Under the pieces are notes generated by a model. It worked only from the letters and a program-made list of their open reading frames with translations, was not told the origin of the DNA and searched no databases. The position numbers and the translations under genes are program-made. Positions 8,997-12,051 of a stretch of DNA of 12,051 nucleotides are shown here, piece by piece (within the stretch, counting starts at the first letter, position 1; each line of letters opens with the position of its first letter). The stretch is from a bacterium. GTDB taxonomy: Bacteria > Zhuqueibacterota > Zhuqueibacteria > Oceanimicrobiales > Oceanimicrobiaceae. The DNA lies in the NCBI GenBank assembly GCA_046757165.1, contig JBHHXT010000150.1:1-12051 (forward strand), given 5' to 3'.

Positions 8997-9168
8997 ATGG
9001 AACACGGATAAGACGGATTTAACGGATCGGAACGGATTGGACTTAATCATAATTCACGTCATGTGTCGAAGTCAGTGGAATGAGGAGCATGTGGCTCGTG
9101 AATCTCTTGGTTTTCACCCAAAATCAGATCCGTGTAAATCCGTTCTATCCGCTAAATCCGCGTTCCAT
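8997..9168. repeat. 172-bp intergenic inverted-repeat element (MITE/REP-like) with periodic CGGAT cores
   Basis: Left arm 8997-9037 has CGGAT at 9005, 9014, 9023 and 9033. Right arm 9128-9168 has ATCCG at 9128, 9138, 9147 and 9156. Termini are ATGGAAC...GTTCCAT, with a 90-nt spacer. Confidence 0.88.
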
Positions 9169-9195
9169 TCATTTGGGTCTTTGCTGCCTGAGGAA

Positions 9196-10101
9196 TTAGG
9201 TCACGAAAATACGCTTGAGGTGAAACAAGTTGTCTCTATGGCTGTTGGTGCCATCCATGGCTGTGGGACAACAGACCACGCCATGTTTCTGCAAAACGCG
9301 GATCACCTCGTCCGAGTAGCAGTGCTCCAACCCTTCTGGATAGGAATAATGGACCGTTTGTATTCCAGCCTTCTTGTCCAAATAAGCAAAACTTGTTCTG
9401 ACTTCTTTTTCCAGTTCAGCGGAGCTCAGGAACGAAAGGATAACATGACGATGCGTATGTCCCCCAACCGTAAAGTCCGGATCCTCATGCAGTGTTTTGG
9501 CTTGCGGCCAGCTCATTTTGAGATCGATAGGCTGATCACTTTGATAGATTTCTGTGAGACCACACTGCTGAAAAATATCACTGACCAGCGTATCCACCTC
9601 GAGGTTGGCGTTTCGCTTGGCGCTGGCTCGAATATCGTCCAGAATATCTTTCCGCTCCTGTTCACTTGCAAAGTCTCTGGGTCGCTCATACCACGGCAAT
9701 CTCAACGTCCCTTTCGGAGTCGCTTCCAGACAATACTCGATTCGGTCGATCCACGACATGGTGTTGTTCTCGACAAAGTCCGTCGTCAGGTAAAAGGTTG
9801 CCGGGATTTGGAAATCCTTGAGGATGGGAGCCGCGATAGAATAGTTGTTTTCAAATCCGTCGTCAAACGTCATCACAAAGGAGCGCGGCGGAAACGGCTC
9901 CCGCTCATGGTGGCAGGCCACCACGTCTTCCATTGACATCGGATAGCCGGTTTGCCTGAGGTGTTTGACCACCGCATAAAAGAAATCTTTTTCCAGATGT
10001 TTTCGCGTGTAGTTTCTGATCTGGTAATCCGATTTCTCAACCACGCCGTGGAAGAGGAAGATGGCTAAGGTCGAGTCGGTGAGTCGCTGGCCGTAATTCA
10101 C
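9196..10101 (-). CDS. Polysaccharide deacetylase family protein (CE4, NodB homology)
   Basis: FLFHGV, MTFDDG, PATFYL, GGHTHRH metal-binding motif, YSYPEG. The GTG start overlaps the upstream TGA (GTGA). Confidence 0.9.
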   Translation of the reverse strand: MNYGQRLTDSTLAIFLFHGVVEKSDYQIRNYTRKHLEKDFFYAVVKHLRQTGYPMSMEDVVACHHEREPFPPRSFVMTFDDGFENNYSIAAPILKDFQIPATFYLTTDFVENNTMSWIDRIEYCLEATPKGTLRLPWYERPRDFASEQERKDILDDIRASAKRNANLEVDTLVSDIFQQCGLTEIYQSDQPIDLKMSWPQAKTLHEDPDFTVGGHTHRHVILSFLSSAELEKEVRTSFAYLDKKAGIQTVHYSYPEGLEHCYSDEVIRVLQKHGVVCCPTAMDGTNSHRDNLFHLKRIFVT

Positions 10102-10808
10102 AGTTTTGCCGTATAGCTTTCAAACCGCTTGACACAGATATCTTTGAGAACGGCGGGCATGAACGAATAGTACCGTCCCGAGCTTCGCTGAGGCCGCGAG
10201 ATGAACCGTCCAAATCTGGCGTACATATCCAGGGCCGAAACGACCAATTGCACGCAGACCTCCGTGTTGAACCTGCGTAATTCGTGCAGCCGCATTCCCG
10301 GGAACAGCCGAATTGGCGCTTGCAGGATGATCTCGCCATCATCCAGGTCTTTGTTCACATAATGCAGCGTGGTGATCAAATTCGAGTAGTCTCGATGATA
10401 GATGGCCCACAGATGGGAATCCAACCCCCGGTAGGCCTCCGGATCTCCGCCATGAAGGTTGACCATGTTCGGTGAGGCCAGCCGCAACAACTCCTCACGA
10501 ATGATGCCGGTACCAAAGACGACCATGACATCAGGCTTCAGACGAGTCAGATGCTCCAGGGCCCGTGGGTCATTGACCGAGTCGACAAGAAACGGCCTGG
10601 CGATATCAGCCAACGTCGTGCCGTTTCCGTCGAAGAAAACGCGCCGCTCGTACTCCTCCCGCTCATGTTCGAAGGGGTGATGCGTCTCGAAGCGCGGTGA
10701 GAGCGTCTGCTGCTCGACGACGACACACAACTCAGGGAAGACCTTCCCGAGCTCTCGCACAAAGAACGTATGGTGAGTCGTTTCAGTTGTTAAGACGGCG
10801 ATTCTCAT
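10098..10808 (-). CDS. Single-domain formyltransferase (N10-formyl-THF dependent, Formyl_trans_N); probable sugar N-formyltransferase
   Basis: PDVMVVFGTGII, VNLHGG...YRG (N-x-H), TLHYVNKDLDDGEII (catalytic Asp region); no Fmt C-terminal domain. Start set at MRIAVLT (10808); the 22-codon upstream extension spans a hairpin and looks non-coding. Confidence 0.87.
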   Translation of the reverse strand: MRIAVLTTETTHHTFFVRELGKVFPELCVVVEQQTLSPRFETHHPFEHEREEYERRVFFDGNGTTLADIARPFLVDSVNDPRALEHLTRLKPDVMVVFGTGIIREELLRLASPNMVNLHGGDPEAYRGLDSHLWAIYHRDYSNLITTLHYVNKDLDDGEIILQAPIRLFPGMRLHELRRFNTEVCVQLVVSALDMYARFGRFISRPQRSSGRYYSFMPAVLKDICVKRFESYTAKL

Positions 10809-10837
10809 CAGAGATGACTTTCTCCCCGGGACATCCT

Positions 10838-10859
10838 GTAGCGCGACATTCATGTCGTG
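10838..10859 (+). repeat. GTAG-type REP-like hairpin
   Basis: GTAG immediately followed by CGCGACAT-TC-ATGTCGTG (8-bp stem with one G-T pair), in the neuB-formyltransferase intergenic gap. Confidence 0.5.
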
Positions 10860-10886
10860 ACAATGCAGTCCCAAAAATTACAGAAT

Positions 10887-11900
10887 TCAAGCGTCAAAGA
10901 ATTCGGGCAGAATAGGGTCGCCCATATGGACTGGCTTTCGTAGAACCTTGCCCAGCACTCGAGTTTCTTTACCCGGCGGCAGCCCCATCGCCGGGCGAAC
11001 CCAGGTGATATCATCTGCTGAAATGGCCGTGCCGGCAGCCAGATCACGCTTTGCGACGATCGTGCGTCGAACCAGGGATTCGATTGATTTTTCGCTTTTC
11101 TGCGGCATTTTGAGTCCGGTTCCGAGGAGCTCCCGAGCTTGCTTGACCTTTTCCACCAGCACAGCGAGCTCTCGAGGATCAGCGGCTAACTGGTGGTCCC
11201 GAAAATCAGAATAATGCTTGTTGATGGTGAAATGCTTTTCGATGATGCGCGCGCCGAGCGCAACCGCGAGCACTGCCGCCTCGAGCCCCAGGGTGTGGTC
11301 TGAATAGCCAACCGTGCAATGGAATTCGTCCTGGATAGTCTTGATGGCGAGCAAATTGGTTTCTTCAGGAACAACGGGATAACTGGAAACGCAGTGCAAG
11401 ATGGCTAAGGACTGTTGAATATTCTCCTCGTGCCAGGTCTTCTCAATCAGCGATTTCGAATACCCGAGTTGTGTGAGATCCGCCAATCCGGCCGACAGAA
11501 GGATGGGTTTGTGAGTTCTGGCAACACATTCAAGGAGCGGATAAAAGGTATTATCACTGGAAGCGATCTTGAACGCCGAAACAATCTTGTCCAGAAAACG
11601 CGCACTCTCCAACTCGAACGGGGTGGAAATAAAGATCAACCCTGACTTCGCTGCCAGCTTGCTGAGCTTCTCGAATTCATCATATGACAATTCAAAGGAC
11701 TTCAACCGCTGATAGCGCTCTTCATCCCTCCTGCTGACATAATGCTCTGTTTTGAAGGTTTGAAACTTGACCGCATTCGCACCGGCTTCCGCGGCCAATC
11801 CCACCAGGTCCTCGGCCAGGGTGTAGCTTCCTTCATGATTATTGCCGACCTCAGCAACAATCAAGATGTCTTTCTCCGTGTCAAAGCGGTCTATTCGCAT
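10887..11900 (-). CDS. neuB: N-acetylneuraminate/nonulosonic acid synthase family protein (NeuB/LegI/PseI/SpsE) with C-terminal SAF/antifreeze-like domain
   Basis: IVAEVGNNHEG, AVKFQTF, FISTPF, FKIAS, LHCVSSYP, GYSDHTLG, IIEKHFT, then RRTIVAKRDLAAG...RPAMGLPP. Which nonulosonate it makes cannot be told from sequence by eye. Confidence 0.93.
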   Translation of the reverse strand: MRIDRFDTEKDILIVAEVGNNHEGSYTLAEDLVGLAAEAGANAVKFQTFKTEHYVSRRDEERYQRLKSFELSYDEFEKLSKLAAKSGLIFISTPFELESARFLDKIVSAFKIASSDNTFYPLLECVARTHKPILLSAGLADLTQLGYSKSLIEKTWHEENIQQSLAILHCVSSYPVVPEETNLLAIKTIQDEFHCTVGYSDHTLGLEAAVLAVALGARIIEKHFTINKHYSDFRDHQLAADPRELAVLVEKVKQARELLGTGLKMPQKSEKSIESLVRRTIVAKRDLAAGTAISADDITWVRPAMGLPPGKETRVLGKVLRKPVHMGDPILPEFFDA

Positions 11901-11941
11901 CTATTCCTAACCGAATCACAGAGCATTAATCATCTTTTTTT

Positions 11942-11975
11942 GACAGGATAACAGGATAAACCGGATTTGCAGGAT
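11942..11975. repeat. Periodic (C/A)GGAT repeat arm, probably one arm of a second inverted-repeat element
   Basis: GACAGGAT-AACAGGAT-AAACCGGAT-TTGCAGGAT; GGAT at 11946, 11954, 11963 and 11972. Same architecture as the left arm at 8997-9037. Confidence 0.75.
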
Positions 11976-12051
11976 TACTCTTCTCCAGGTAAAACTCTAA
12001 CCGAAAGCATAACCTGCGCTGCCATTCAACGCACTTAAATTGATTAACATA

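Noticed and set aside
8997..9168. CRISPR array or intrinsic terminator
   Set aside because: Units are only 9-10 nt with no spacer-sized unique sequences and no cas genes; there is no compact GC stem with a U-tract.
8869..9936. 355-aa plus-strand ORF containing TDKTDLTD
   Set aside because: Antisense shadow of the deacetylase and asnB; the TD repeat is just the CGGAT arm translated.
1912..11900. Secondary-metabolite (lasso peptide or antibiotic) cluster
   Set aside because: The AsnB proteins retain full glutaminase domains, no precursor peptide or leader peptidase is visible, and NeuB, WbuX-like and GT-B-like genes point to glycan synthesis.
11929..12051. Possible 3' remnant of a small gene (MLIN and VEWQR in different minus-strand frames, faintly GxxExxY-like)
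   Set aside because: Too short, needs a frameshift and is cut by the window edge.

Overview
Part of a bacterial surface-glycan biosynthesis locus (O-antigen, capsule or protein glycosylation), all on the minus strand, centred on making and modifying a nonulosonic acid. In transcription order: NeuB-family synthase, single-domain formyltransferase, CE4 polysaccharide deacetylase, AsnB-like amidotransferase, NodU/CmcH-type carbamoyltransferase, WbuX/PseA-type N-acetyl-sugar amidotransferase, a 114-aa hypothetical protein, a second AsnB-like amidotransferase, and a >=627-aa GT-B-like putative transferase (1..1883). The last gene is missing from the ORF track because it runs off the left edge. The most unusual non-coding signal is a 172-bp element (8997-9168) whose inverted arms each carry four CGGAT cores at 9/9/10-nt spacing. 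A related arm with (C/A)GGAT cores lies at 11942-11975, and a GTAG-REP-like hairpin at 10838-10859. All family calls come from reading motifs by eye; no database searches were run.
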